Virus record (IMG/VR): IMGVR_UViG_3300007735_000802
DNA: 64,000 nucleotides
Origin: a virus
Strand: one strand, 5' to 3'
Shown here in pieces: positions 19,623 through 30,480 of this stretch. A program made the position numbers and the translations under genes. How positions within the stretch are numbered: position 1 is the first letter of the stretch; each line of letters starts with the position of its first letter. The notes beneath the pieces were generated by a model that was not told the DNA's origin, searched no databases, and saw only the letters and a list, made by a program, of their open reading frames with translations.

Positions 19623-22600
19623 TATGGTCCTGGTTTATTCCTATATAGGTATTGAATAATTCTTTCTGTACTATTAAATGCAATTGGAGTATATGTCAAA
19701 TCATTTGCTTGTTGTGTTCCTTTTACTATTGCAGCTATTGAGAGTCTGGGAACATGCCAGAAAGCATTTCTTTGTGCGGTATCATCATTATTATCGTAAT
19801 AATTTTGATCACATCGTATTAATCTTACTGGTCGCAATTCATAAAAATCATTATAGTTATCTGCTTTTTTAACTTTAAAGTTTGTATCTGTTGGTGATGT
19901 GGTAGAATCAAATTTTATCGCCCATGCTTTTGTAAATTTATTTGTGACATATAATGGATTTGATGATCCTGTTGTTCCTGTGAATGTAGGATCATTTTGT
20001 GGTATTGGAGTTGTATTATTTGCTTGCAAAAATTGTTTTGTAATACCTTCATCAAAAGAAGCAGTAGAAGACCAAACCCAACTATTTGCCAGTATTCTTG
20101 GATCTCCAATACGAACGCCATTTGCATTTGCTATTTTTTGTTGTAGATTATTTGTGCTTGATCTACATGCATTTGCTATAAATGCAAGTTCGTCGATGCT
20201 CGGCACATACCATCTAGAAATTTGTGGAAATCCAGATTCTTTCATCGATACTACTTGTGGTTGTTGAGAAGATGACAACCAAGGATATGATGACGGTCCA
20301 ATAAGAGAATTGTTGTTATAAGTAGTACCACCAACAACTTTAGTTGGAGAATCTGAAGGATAATAAAATAAATTATGAACAGAAAGCCCTTCTACTATAG
20401 TAGTTCCACTTCCTGAATTATATACTGGATTAAAACTTGCAGTTGGTCCAAACACTCGCTTATATACTCCATTGACTAATGGAGGATTAACTGTTGATGT
20501 ATAATAAGTAGTTAAATTAGATCCCGCCATTCTGATTGTATTATACAATCCCCAATTTAATGAGTAAAATCCAGAAGATCTTGCAAATATTGAGGGACTA
20601 CCGCTAGTTGCTCTTCTAAACGGCGAATCTTTACAATTTGTGTCACAGTAAGTGCCGGCTCCCGTATCCACTTCGCATACAGGATTAAATGTTGTAAGAT
20701 TTCCCCACATTGTAATACCAGGAAAATTAACACCATATAGTCCATCGCAGAATAAATTTGAAGATGTAATTCCACATGTATTATTTTCAATTCCAACAGC
20801 AGGAACTATTTGTCCTGTTAATAAATCATCAGAATATATTGGACCAAATGATGTTCCTCCATGGTTCCATCTGTAATTAATTACCCAGTTTGTATCAAGA
20901 GCTACATCTCCTCCATTATTTGGAATAGTTATATCATAAGTATTCGAATAACTAACAGTTCCCTGAATATTAGTTCCTGTGTTGTCAATCCATTCTGTGG
21001 AAATTTGATCGAAATTAGTTATACCGTGTACATATGTATGATTAATAAATGATCCATATGGTCCTGCACCAATACTAACAATTTTTTCTTGTCTAAACAT
21101 TACTGGATACTTGGAAACAATAAGCAACCATTGATCTTGATCTTTATTAAAATTTGATCCATCTTGTATTTTATTTCCTAAAGTAAATCCATATCCTTGT
21201 GGATTGAATTGAGATTTATATAAAGAACAAGATCTTTCTGTTCCTGTATTTAATGATTTAAATTGTTGTATACTAACTGGATCCTCAAAACCAAATGGAT
21301 TTCCGCCATGTCCAGTATATCCGAAGCATGTAGAACCATTTGGATTAAATAATCCAACTACAATCCCTCCTGCAAACTCATCTCCAATGTAAACATCTCG
21401 ATAACCAATAAATGCACCATTTGCATTATATTTTTTAATTCTAAATGGTTTAGGACTTGCTCCAGAATTTTCTGTTATTTCGCATGTAGTTTGTGGTTCT
21501 GGTTGTGCCACGCATGTAAAATCAGGAAAATCAACAGATGCATTTGCACATAAGTGACCACATCCATAAAAAAGACCATTACAACTTGATTGATTATTTA
21601 CATTACTACAATTTCCATTGTTGCAGCATCCCGCAGTTCCGTCTAGACATACTCTAAAATTTGTTGGAGATCCATTATCATTGTAAGTATAATTACATAC
21701 TCTTCCAAGGCCTTGCCAGAAATTAGTACATGCATTTTTTCTGGTTTGTGTACAATCTCCTGCTGCTGTTCCATCGCAACATGCACCAAGATCTTCGAAG
21801 TAATTTTGACAATCGATTGCATCTACATTTTTAACACAAGCACTAATTGGTGTCCACGAAACCCATGGGTTGCTTGGATTTGTCAGTCTTGCTGTCTGCT
21901 GACAAAGACACTGAGTTATTGGTGTTGGATTTTTTATTATTGTATTATTTGCATTTTTATAGCAACAGACTCCAACCGGAGCAGATGTTGAAGACCCCGT
22001 GCATCCAGAATATCCTGCAGTTTGTCCTTGGAAAAACTGTGCAATTCCCTGATTAACAAATGGTTGACATTCTTCTTGTGTTATTACTCTTGATTGATCA
22101 AAAGAACATCCAAAGCAACAAAGTCCAGTTACTGGGGGTGGGGGAGGTGGTGGTCCTTCTGGATCACCTATTGATCTAGAACCAATACAGTCATAATAAG
22201 AAGCATTCCATTCGACAGCAGATGTTCCTGAATTAATTATTCCATAATTTGCATACCATGTATAATCAAGAGAAACCATATTGATTACATCAACATTATT
22301 TGTAAAGCATGGAGGATATAACAAAGGCCATGCAATATTATATGTTAAGTTTTCAAATGTTGCACCCTGTGTTAAATCGTCACTCGAAGCAAATAAAGTT
22401 AATGGAGCACCCGATCCTCCTGTTACACCGGGTGGAATAATAATTGTCAATGACTTTGCAACATCTGCTCTTGGAGGATTTCTTACTCTTACTATTTGTG
22501 CAAGAATGCTCTTTTGTGGAGTAATCTGATCATTATATCGATTAAGAATAAAAGTATTTGCCTTTTCCCAATCTATGTCCCAGTAGAAAAATTCTTTAGA

Positions 22601-23266
22601 GGTGATAGAACCAGATGGTGTGATATAATCTTTTCTAGTTGGTCTTACTATTTGTACTCTTTCACCATAATTGACTGCTTGTAGATTTACAGTTTGATTT
22701 GTAATATCATAATTTGTTCCAGTTAATCCATAGAAACGATTTCCTCCCAGATGATATACTAGTTGATGTTCAGATCCACCAGATAATCCAAGATATGGCA
22801 ATCCTGCAAGATTGTAAACAATATTAACTGTTTCTTTATCAGCAGTGCTTCCGGTATTGCTATAACGAATAACACTTAAATTTTGATTTTGTGATGCTGT
22901 TGTAAAGCCTCTAAATTGTGGTTTATATACAACATCACCGCCAGTTGCATCAATTGTATCAAATGTCAATCCATAAAATACTGAAAGTTCTCCAGCAGAT
23001 TCTGCCGATGCAAATATACTATAATTACCAGCAGCACCTTGTATACTGGTTCCAACTCCAATAGTTCCATCGCTAAAATTAGTTTGGATGAATGCTCCTC
23101 CAAACGCAAGTGTCATTCCAGTTATATTAGCACCAGTTGAACCTTTTGGACCGGTGGATCCTGCGGGTCCAGTATTTCCGTCTGGACCAGTTGAACCTGT
23201 TGGTCCTGTTGGACCACTGAATCCAATTATGCTTGTTTGTAAATAAGGACTGCTTCCGTAAATCAT
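19622..23266 (-). CDS. Collagen-like, Cys-repeat fibre protein with DUF1566/C-lectin-like C-terminus
   Basis: MIYGSS start shared with neighbour; GPT repeats; GACC units; RWYVPSIDEL, VWSST, LRPVRLI. Confidence 0.72.
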   Translation of the reverse strand: MIYGSSPYLQTSIIGFSGPTGPTGSTGPDGNTGPAGSTGPKGSTGANITGMTLAFGGAFIQTNFSDGTIGVGTSIQGAAGNYSIFASAESAGELSVFYGLTFDTIDATGGDVVYKPQFRGFTTASQNQNLSVIRYSNTGSTADKETVNIVYNLAGLPYLGLSGGSEHQLVYHLGGNRFYGLTGTNYDITNQTVNLQAVNYGERVQIVRPTRKDYITPSGSITSKEFFYWDIDWEKANTFILNRYNDQITPQKSILAQIVRVRNPPRADVAKSLTIIIPPGVTGGSGAPLTLFASSDDLTQGATFENLTYNIAWPLLYPPCFTNNVDVINMVSLDYTWYANYGIINSGTSAVEWNASYYDCIGSRSIGDPEGPPPPPPPVTGLCCFGCSFDQSRVITQEECQPFVNQGIAQFFQGQTAGYSGCTGSSTSAPVGVCCYKNANNTIIKNPTPITQCLCQQTARLTNPSNPWVSWTPISACVKNVDAIDCQNYFEDLGACCDGTAAGDCTQTRKNACTNFWQGLGRVCNYTYNDNGSPTNFRVCLDGTAGCCNNGNCSNVNNQSSCNGLFYGCGHLCANASVDFPDFTCVAQPEPQTTCEITENSGASPKPFRIKKYNANGAFIGYRDVYIGDEFAGGIVVGLFNPNGSTCFGYTGHGGNPFGFEDPVSIQQFKSLNTGTERSCSLYKSQFNPQGYGFTLGNKIQDGSNFNKDQDQWLLIVSKYPVMFRQEKIVSIGAGPYGSFINHTYVHGITNFDQISTEWIDNTGTNIQGTVSYSNTYDITIPNNGGDVALDTNWVINYRWNHGGTSFGPIYSDDLLTGQIVPAVGIENNTCGITSSNLFCDGLYGVNFPGITMWGNLTTFNPVCEVDTGAGTYCDTNCKDSPFRRATSGSPSIFARSSGFYSLNWGLYNTIRMAGSNLTTYYTSTVNPPLVNGVYKRVFGPTASFNPVYNSGSGTTIVEGLSVHNLFYYPSDSPTKVVGGTTYNNNSLIGPSSYPWLSSSQQPQVVSMKESGFPQISRWYVPSIDELAFIANACRSSTNNLQQKIANANGVRIGDPRILANSWVWSSTASFDEGITKQFLQANNTTPIPQNDPTFTGTTGSSNPLYVTNKFTKAWAIKFDSTTSPTDTNFKVKKADNYNDFYELRPVRLIRCDQNYYDNNDDTAQRNAFWHVPRLSIAAIVKGTQQANDLTYTPIAFNSTERIIQYLYRNKPGP

Positions 23267-23279
23267 ATATTATCCAATA

Positions 23280-24401
23280 TTAACTAAAGTAACTTTCAAC
23301 TGAGGATATTCTTGTTTCGTAATTTGCAAGTTTAGATGCAACATCATATGTTGTTCCAGAACCAACAACTATTGAGTCTGATATTAATCTTTCTGTTGTA
23401 ACTTGTGAAGGAACTGTTACTGTAATTCCTAATGGTTTTACTTTAATTCCTACTTTTATATTTTGCGATCCGTTTGATGGAGAAACAACCAAAGGTTGTG
23501 GTAGATTTATAATAGGAGTTAATACAGAATATACTTCTGGTGGAGTTGTATTACTTATTGTATATTGATATGTTGTTCCATTGTTTGTTACTTTTAATCT
23601 CTTGTTAGAACTTGCGAGAGAAGATCCCGCTGATTTTCTAACATAAATTATATTTGTTCCTATATCTGCAACTGTACCACTGTATGAAGATGTTTGTTGT
23701 GTTGTAGATCCGTTTCGAATTACATTTGTCACTGTTTCTGTTACTGTGATTTTTTCAACATATCCATAATTTGTAGAAAATGCGGAGTAGAATTCTGGAT
23801 AATCAGATACTGGTAATTCGTGTTGAATCGATGCATCAACATATGAAGGTTCAAATGTTGAACTTCCCAATAAGAATTGTATATTTCCAACGGATTCACC
23901 ACTGTCTGTAAACGCTTCTATATCACCGCCTACTTTGTATCCAATATAGTTTACAACAACTCCAGTGTATGATCCATGTGGTGCAACTTGATATACTGGT
24001 TTTACTATATGTGCTGGATTTGATGGTGCTAAGTTTTGCAAATAACCTGCTGTTAGTCCACTTAAGAAATATATGTCATTTCCACCAGATCCTCCACCTG
24101 AACCAGCATCTAAAAGTTTATTAGATTCAATATTAATTGAACCGTATATTACAACATTAAATGATTGTGGAGTGGATTCATATGATTCAATTACACCAAA
24201 AACTTCTGAATTTGGTGGAGTATCTGCTTTCGCAGCAGTATATCCGGTGTATCCGGCAGCACTCAGAGAATAACGAATCACCTGACCAGTAGTTAATCCA
24301 GAAACATAAGGAATATTTACAAGTAATCTAGATCCACCTTGATTTACACTCAAGGTGCTGAATGATGCTCTTATGTTTGAACTGTTACTACAACTAGGCA
24401 T
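23280..24401 (-). CDS. Virion structural protein sharing a domain with 24413-26740
   Basis: YTAAKAD...EVFG...YFLS...P...KPV domain shared with the adjacent gene. Confidence 0.6.
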   Translation of the reverse strand: MPSCSNSSNIRASFSTLSVNQGGSRLLVNIPYVSGLTTGQVIRYSLSAAGYTGYTAAKADTPPNSEVFGVIESYESTPQSFNVVIYGSINIESNKLLDAGSGGGSGGNDIYFLSGLTAGYLQNLAPSNPAHIVKPVYQVAPHGSYTGVVVNYIGYKVGGDIEAFTDSGESVGNIQFLLGSSTFEPSYVDASIQHELPVSDYPEFYSAFSTNYGYVEKITVTETVTNVIRNGSTTQQTSSYSGTVADIGTNIIYVRKSAGSSLASSNKRLKVTNNGTTYQYTISNTTPPEVYSVLTPIINLPQPLVVSPSNGSQNIKVGIKVKPLGITVTVPSQVTTERLISDSIVVGSGTTYDVASKLANYETRISSVESYFS

Positions 24402-24412
24402 GTATTACTCCG

Positions 24413-26740
24413 TTATATTGGATAACTTGCGTCTGCAATTATGTGTGTGTTGATTGAATCGTAATCTACAAATCCAGAAATAATGTTTATCTTTACTGAA
24501 CTTTCGTCCTGTGCGGTAGTTACTGTAGTCGTACCTTTAAGTGTTTGTCGAGATATATTATTATATCCCTTAGTACCTGTGGTATTTCGAATGTCAGCTC
24601 TTGCACTATAATTATACGCTTCATTACTCAATCCAGAATATGGAGAATATAGAGTTACGCTAGGTGTAGTTCTCATGGTTGTTGGGAACTTAAATACACT
24701 GTATGGAACACCAGGAAGAATATTAAATGAATATGTGTTAAGTGATGGATCTCCAGAATTTATCATTGTTGCAGATCCGATTGTTTGTGAACTTGTATAT
24801 GTTGAATAATAATACTTTTGAGCAAGTTTTTGTTGTTCTTCTTTAGATAAGAATGAATGTTTTGGAGTAGTGTATGTTCCATCATATACAACCAACGAAG
24901 CAAGACTTACATACAGACCAGTTCCTACTGCTACTCCACCACTATAACCAGCATTTACTAGTGGCATTAAATCCAATCCAATTTCAACATAATCGTTAGC
25001 ATATGATCCTGCTGAAAGACCGGGAACATCATAATTTAATGTGTGTTTAGTCCATGATGTTTGGAGGTTGATGGTTCCTATTGTATCTTTTGAAACCAAT
25101 CCTGAATTTCCATATCTTGCAAAATAAACATCCGCAGAATAATTTGACTGTGAGCATTTTGCATAGAAACTTACAGTGGTTGATGATCCATTGAAAGTTT
25201 CAATTTCATCTATCACATGACCAACTGTACATGTTGCACCACTAGGATCGGATCCTGTTGGATTTGCTATGCATTTAAAATTGACATAATATTCTGGATT
25301 TCCTTCAACATAAGTGTCAGTAACATTGAATGATTGTCTTTCAATATATTGTGAACTGCCCGATGGCATTCCTTCAAGTCTGCGAATCCAGTTGTCTGCA
25401 AAATATACACTTCCAGTAGATGTATATTGAGTCTTTCCTGTATTTCTTTGCCATACTGCATAATTTCCATTGAATGTATAATTCTTAAGATTAGTCAAAC
25501 TTTCAGGTTCTGCTGTTGATGTAAATGAAACACTTGATGGATATCCAGCAAGGGGTCTTGGATTTACATACCAATATGTTGGAGAAGAATCAAACACATA
25601 TCCTAATTGGTATGTTTGTTTACATCCTCCTCCCTGTCCTATAGTTAAAATATTTAACTGTGTAATTCCTGTTGCTGTTGCAGCGGATGATGTGCTAAAT
25701 GTCGAACCATTGATGCCCCATGGTCCTTGCTTTGTTGCAGCAGAAGATATTGAATATGGTAATATAGTGCTTGTTCCTTGAGTTAATATCTGGTAAATTA
25801 AGTTGCCACCAGATGTTGTTATGGACTCCACCATACCAATTATAAAATCTTCTTCATTTGCAACACCGCTATATGTCTGAGATTCACATGCCCATTTTTG
25901 TGTTCCACTGACAAACCAACCATTAATTGCTGTTCTGCCAGTTGAAGTTAAGTGATTATTAAATTCTGCTGAAGTAGAAAATGAGTGTGGTGCATATGAT
26001 AAGAACATACCACCAGTGAATCCAACAGTTCTTGGATCAGTTGGAGATGTTGGAAGAGAAATATACAATCTATGCGAACCAGATTCTCCTCCACCAGACA
26101 ATGAAGAATTTAAATAATTTCCTCTATATTGAATCACTAATCCTGCTGTTGCTCCAAGTCCAATCAAAACTGGTTTTGAAACTTGTCCAAGGGTTGTTGG
26201 TTCCGTGGTAGTAATATTACCACCAGTGCTAGGACTCAAGAAATAAACACATCCCGGAGAAAGTGTTGATCCTGCTACCGTTTGAAAATTTCCAGTAATA
26301 TAACCGTTTGTTGTAACGACAGAATATGTTGAAGTCAATGATGATAAAAATCCAACTACTTCTGCGGAATCTGGATTATTTGCTTTTGCTGTTGTATATC
26401 CACCAGACGACAACAAATATACAGGCATTCCAAAAGTAAATCCAGATGAACCAGAAGTAATTCCTGTTATTTTAAATGAATTGTTGGGAAAGATGGTATC
26501 ACTTGAAAAATTTACAGTTCCTAAAAAATTAACATTGTTTGAAACTGTACCACCAACATAAAGTTGAACAAGTCCACTTGTTGAATTGTATGATACCCCC
26601 ACTCCCCCATTGACTGTAAAAGTTACTCCAGAAACAGTTGCTTGATTTAATTTAGCAATTATTTCTGAATTTTCTTTTATGAACCAATCATAAAATGTAG
26701 AAGATCCAGTTAACTGTGAGATTGTATCATTAAATGCCAT
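24413..26740 (-). CDS. Tail fibre / baseplate-attached protein with a carbohydrate-binding-module-like C-terminal region
   Basis: N-terminal STFYDW motif; NGNYAVWQR...YFADNW...TVSFYAK...WTKH...AQKYY...FPTTMRTTPSV pattern of phage fibre modules. Confidence 0.65.
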   Translation of the reverse strand: MAFNDTISQLTGSSTFYDWFIKENSEIIAKLNQATVSGVTFTVNGGVGVSYNSTSGLVQLYVGGTVSNNVNFLGTVNFSSDTIFPNNSFKITGITSGSSGFTFGMPVYLLSSGGYTTAKANNPDSAEVVGFLSSLTSTYSVVTTNGYITGNFQTVAGSTLSPGCVYFLSPSTGGNITTTEPTTLGQVSKPVLIGLGATAGLVIQYRGNYLNSSLSGGGESGSHRLYISLPTSPTDPRTVGFTGGMFLSYAPHSFSTSAEFNNHLTSTGRTAINGWFVSGTQKWACESQTYSGVANEEDFIIGMVESITTSGGNLIYQILTQGTSTILPYSISSAATKQGPWGINGSTFSTSSAATATGITQLNILTIGQGGGCKQTYQLGYVFDSSPTYWYVNPRPLAGYPSSVSFTSTAEPESLTNLKNYTFNGNYAVWQRNTGKTQYTSTGSVYFADNWIRRLEGMPSGSSQYIERQSFNVTDTYVEGNPEYYVNFKCIANPTGSDPSGATCTVGHVIDEIETFNGSSTTVSFYAKCSQSNYSADVYFARYGNSGLVSKDTIGTINLQTSWTKHTLNYDVPGLSAGSYANDYVEIGLDLMPLVNAGYSGGVAVGTGLYVSLASLVVYDGTYTTPKHSFLSKEEQQKLAQKYYYSTYTSSQTIGSATMINSGDPSLNTYSFNILPGVPYSVFKFPTTMRTTPSVTLYSPYSGLSNEAYNYSARADIRNTTGTKGYNNISRQTLKGTTTVTTAQDESSVKINIISGFVDYDSINTHIIADASYPI

Positions 26741-26754
26741 TGCTTTACCTTATG

Positions 26755-27549
26755 TTATGGATAATAAATTTTTAGTTCTGTATAATGTAGGAATGATATT
26801 ACTGGAGGATCTTCTGATACTTCTGATAATGTAACCTTAGCAAATGCAGAAAATGTAGAAGATTCGTCTATATCACCAAGAGTTACATTTGATATGCTTA
26901 GTTTTAATCTGGCAGCACCACATGTATTATATGTGGATGTTGTTCCTTGTGAGTTGTCTCTCAATTCAGAACATTCTGTATCATCACCTGTTCCGCAACA
27001 AGAAATTTCTTCCTTTGCAACGGTAAATCCAATATATTCTGGTGTTGTAGTATTCGCTGTGGTTGTTTCCAGAGTTTCTGTAAACTCAGTATCATTGTAA
27101 ATCCAGAAAATTAATCCACTTTCTGGATCGTGCCACGAATACCAACCCGGAGAAACTGTAATGTTAATTATTGCTTTGTCTCTTCCATTATCATTTCTTT
27201 GCCTTGCATCGGTTATTTCTACTTGATCTGGATGAAATGGTATCATTCCAGTATGAACTACATTTGTATTTCCACCAACAGATTCTTGTGTTGCATATGG
27301 AGGATTTGGTGCTCCTGCTCCACCAGTAGATAAATACCAATTTGCTGGAGCAATTGAACTTAAAGTTTGATTTATAAAAAATAACTCAATCATTTCATTC
27401 AATTCGGATGCCTGCAATGCATATCCTGGATTAAATGCAATCATGTAGTAGTTTCTGACAGGACTTGTTAAGAAATTATCAGTTGCCCTACTGTAGTATG
27501 GGGATTTTTTTAATGGTAAAGGTGACTTTATTTGATTGGCAAATTCCAT
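26755..27549 (-). CDS. Baseplate protein with a DUF4815/VrlC-like N-terminus (short)
   Basis: SPYY...NYYMIAFNPGYALQASELNEM; directly after gp8. Confidence 0.6.
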   Translation of the reverse strand: MEFANQIKSPLPLKKSPYYSRATDNFLTSPVRNYYMIAFNPGYALQASELNEMIELFFINQTLSSIAPANWYLSTGGAGAPNPPYATQESVGGNTNVVHTGMIPFHPDQVEITDARQRNDNGRDKAIINITVSPGWYSWHDPESGLIFWIYNDTEFTETLETTTANTTTPEYIGFTVAKEEISCCGTGDDTECSELRDNSQGTTSTYNTCGAARLKLSISNVTLGDIDESSTFSAFAKVTLSEVSEDPPVISFLHYTELKIYYP

Positions 27550-27552
27550 ACT

Positions 27553-29304
27553 TTACATTCCTTTTACCATATTTATACGAATAATTACAGAATCTACATC
27601 AGAAATAGTAATCTCATCTGAGAGTTTTGTAGTTGATAAATTTTTACCAGAATATTGTGTAAAACTTGGTTTAGATACGATGCTTTTTATTTGTGATGTT
27701 TTTACATTTCCAGTTAAACTCTTATTTAATAAATAATCTGTTTCATCATAAATTACATTTTTTAGTTCTGTATTTTGTGTGGTGCTTGAAAGTGCAACAA
27801 CACCACCTACCTTTATTTCTCTTGCAGTTTTGCTTGTTGTTGTATTTCCAAAAGGCACATCATAAGTTATGTTATAAAGTTCATCTGTTTCTGGTAATTG
27901 TGCTGAACTTCCCGCTGAAACTGCAACCTTTACCGTAGTTCTAAAAATATAGTCTAATTTTTTATTTAAATTTGATCCAGTTGTAATGTTTGGTGATCCA
28001 CTAATTCCTGTTGGATTTTGAATTAAACCAAAGAAATTAATTGCATTTGGTAATTGTATTCCAGCAGTAGTAAAAGAAGAAGTATCTACTTTAGTATCAA
28101 TCATAACATGTTGAGCATCCAATACCGTGACTGGATCAAATGCCAATCCATCGATGGTATCTAGATTTACTTCAATCTTTGATGCAAATAGATCAGTATC
28201 TAAATTGCCCGTAACATATCCAGAATTAATGGAAACTGAAATATCTTTGTATCCAGATCCACTAGACAGTAATTCAATTCCATTAATGATGTATTGGTCA
28301 TCCTGTAATATTGTCTTGAGACGAATACTTGCACCTGATCCAGAATTGCTTGTTATTGTAAGTTCTGGATTTTCTACCAATGCCACTAATTGTTTTCTGC
28401 TAAAAGAACTCAAGTCTATGAAAACACTGACAACTGATCCCTCTTCTAAATTATCATTTGTGTTTACATCATAAAGGTAATAATATGGTGAGGCACTTGA
28501 TAATTTATTTTGAGAAATCAAAGAACCAATTTCATCATACTTGTCAACTATATCGATATTTGATTCTACTGTTTCATTGTCTGAATAAAATACACCAACA
28601 AAAGAGTCATTATTTTTTGACAGATAAAAACAATCGCTACATTTTATGTCATATGCTACTGTGAAAAGTTCTCCTTTTTCAAATTCTATTGTTCCATCAT
28701 CACCGTCTGTGCTGATGGCATTTTTTGAATAAAGAGCACACTTTCCTACTTCTGTTGTTGCAGAATCATCACAAAATGTTCTTGTTTGTTGTAGTTGAAC
28801 TTGCAAGTCATCGCTGTCAAATGTATCAAATGATACTACTGGAATCCATTTTGATGTTATAAATCTTTCAATTGTTGGAGTTATCTTATACAAAGGTTTC
28901 CAGGAATAACCGTCAGAGTATCGAACAATTCCAGTAGTATGAGTTGGTCTTACTCTAGAAACAAAACTTCCAAACAAATCAGATCTATTATCTGAGTTAT
29001 CTGATATGCAAAGGTATACATATCCATTTTGATTATTGTATGCATAAAAATTTTCAGTATTTTGTCTTATTGCGGACCATGGTTTGTATGGAATCATCGG
29101 TGTCCATTTTATGTTTGGAACCACAGGACTTAAACTATTTTGACCAACTCGAACAGAAAAATCAGACTGTCTCCAAACATCTATGGTACTTTGATTTGAA
29201 TTTGATGTTGTGTTGGCAGAGTCGGATCCAGCAAAAACAAATAACTGATTTTTTGTTCCAGCATCCTTTATGAATGTTTTGACATTGTTACTTTTTATAC
29301 TCAT
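27553..29304 (-). CDS. gp8: Baseplate wedge protein (T4 gp8-like)
   Basis: FYAYN...VYLCISDN...PTHT...DGYSWKPLY; C-terminal YSG...IIRI. Confidence 0.85.
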   Translation of the reverse strand: MSIKSNNVKTFIKDAGTKNQLFVFAGSDSANTTSNSNQSTIDVWRQSDFSVRVGQNSLSPVVPNIKWTPMIPYKPWSAIRQNTENFYAYNNQNGYVYLCISDNSDNRSDLFGSFVSRVRPTHTTGIVRYSDGYSWKPLYKITPTIERFITSKWIPVVSFDTFDSDDLQVQLQQTRTFCDDSATTEVGKCALYSKNAISTDGDDGTIEFEKGELFTVAYDIKCSDCFYLSKNNDSFVGVFYSDNETVESNIDIVDKYDEIGSLISQNKLSSASPYYYLYDVNTNDNLEEGSVVSVFIDLSSFSRKQLVALVENPELTITSNSGSGASIRLKTILQDDQYIINGIELLSSGSGYKDISVSINSGYVTGNLDTDLFASKIEVNLDTIDGLAFDPVTVLDAQHVMIDTKVDTSSFTTAGIQLPNAINFFGLIQNPTGISGSPNITTGSNLNKKLDYIFRTTVKVAVSAGSSAQLPETDELYNITYDVPFGNTTTSKTAREIKVGGVVALSSTTQNTELKNVIYDETDYLLNKSLTGNVKTSQIKSIVSKPSFTQYSGKNLSTTKLSDEITISDVDSVIIRINMVKGM

Positions 29305-29316
29305 ATGATATCTCTA

Positions 29317-30480
29317 TTATGGACCAAGGGATGGGCATGAAGGAATTCCTGCATTTGGAGAACCAAGACCCGGTGGATAACACAACTCTAGCATTGTTTC
29401 AATATTTATATTAAAAATATCAAAGGTATCATATTGAGAAGTCCAATTTGGAAATAGATGCGTTGGACCAGAGAATCCTGTATATCCATTGCAACTTGTT
29501 GTTTTTGGAAGGCCACACAATGTTATTCCTTCAGTTGCAGCATATGCAGTCCATCCTGCTGCAATATGGATATTATTAGAATATGTTCTATAATCTGTAG
29601 ATAATTTATATGGAGAATATTGGCGCAAAAGACCATATTCGCATATTACAGATGTATTTTCATCATATGTTGGACCTTGATAATCACTAAGTCTTCTCTC
29701 AAACACTATTCGAAGTCCTGATGGATGAACCATATTCAGATATGCTTCTTTATAGTCGTATGATGCTAGACCTACACTTAATAAATAAGACCAATCCTGA
29801 ATCCAGTTTCCATCCTGCATTCTGGAACCATTGAGATAACTTCCACTCAGAGTTGCAAGATCATCATAAGTTCCTGTTGCTCCAGGAAATGTAAAATCAG
29901 CACTGTAAAATCTTCCACCGTTCAGTCTTAATATATTTTTCTTTGGAACATCAATATGAATATCATCTTCATCTACGCCATACAAAGTCTGGAAGAAGTA
30001 TCGAATTCCTTCCTCTGTTGATTTTTTCTGATAAAATGTTCTTCTTACTTGATTTAAGAATTTTCTAAGATTACTTTCCTTGACAATACCACCATAACGC
30101 TCTAGACTTTCTATAGGAAATCCAGAAGCATAAGATAGAGCAAGTTTTTCCAGAGAATCAGAATCACAATTATCAATATCAATGTTATCCGTAAATTTTT
30201 CACTTAATTTGTATTGTGCTCCAGATGTGCTGTCGCAGTATAACCAATCGTAGTATGCTTGAACCAAATCATAGATGGTTGTGCCATCTATATTACTTGA
30301 TATCTTTTCTGCTTTCTCTTGTCTAATCCACAAAGGTATCTGACTTGTTATGTCATATATTCTGCCACACGAATCTTGAAATTCTACTTGCAATAGTTCA
30401 AATGTTATACCAGGAACTACGCTCGCTGCTATAGTTGCATTAATAGTTGCTGTTTGTGGATTGAGTGTAGTTGATAACAT
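29317..30480 (-). CDS. gp7: Baseplate wedge protein (T4 gp7-like, short)
   Basis: QIPLWI...QAYYDWL, FYQKKSTEEGIRYFFQTLYG, QDWSYL, VHPSG. Confidence 0.8.
   Translation of the reverse strand: MLSTTLNPQTATINATIAASVVPGITFELLQVEFQDSCGRIYDITSQIPLWIRQEKAEKISSNIDGTTIYDLVQAYYDWLYCDSTSGAQYKLSEKFTDNIDIDNCDSDSLEKLALSYASGFPIESLERYGGIVKESNLRKFLNQVRRTFYQKKSTEEGIRYFFQTLYGVDEDDIHIDVPKKNILRLNGGRFYSADFTFPGATGTYDDLATLSGSYLNGSRMQDGNWIQDWSYLLSVGLASYDYKEAYLNMVHPSGLRIVFERRLSDYQGPTYDENTSVICEYGLLRQYSPYKLSTDYRTYSNNIHIAAGWTAYAATEGITLCGLPKTTSCNGYTGFSGPTHLFPNWTSQYDTFDIFNINIETMLELCYPPGLGSPNAGIPSCPSLGP

Noticed and set aside
11833-23266. Diversity-generating retroelement acting on the DUF1566/C-lectin-like domains
   Set aside because: No reverse transcriptase and no near-identical template/variable repeat pair is visible in the window.
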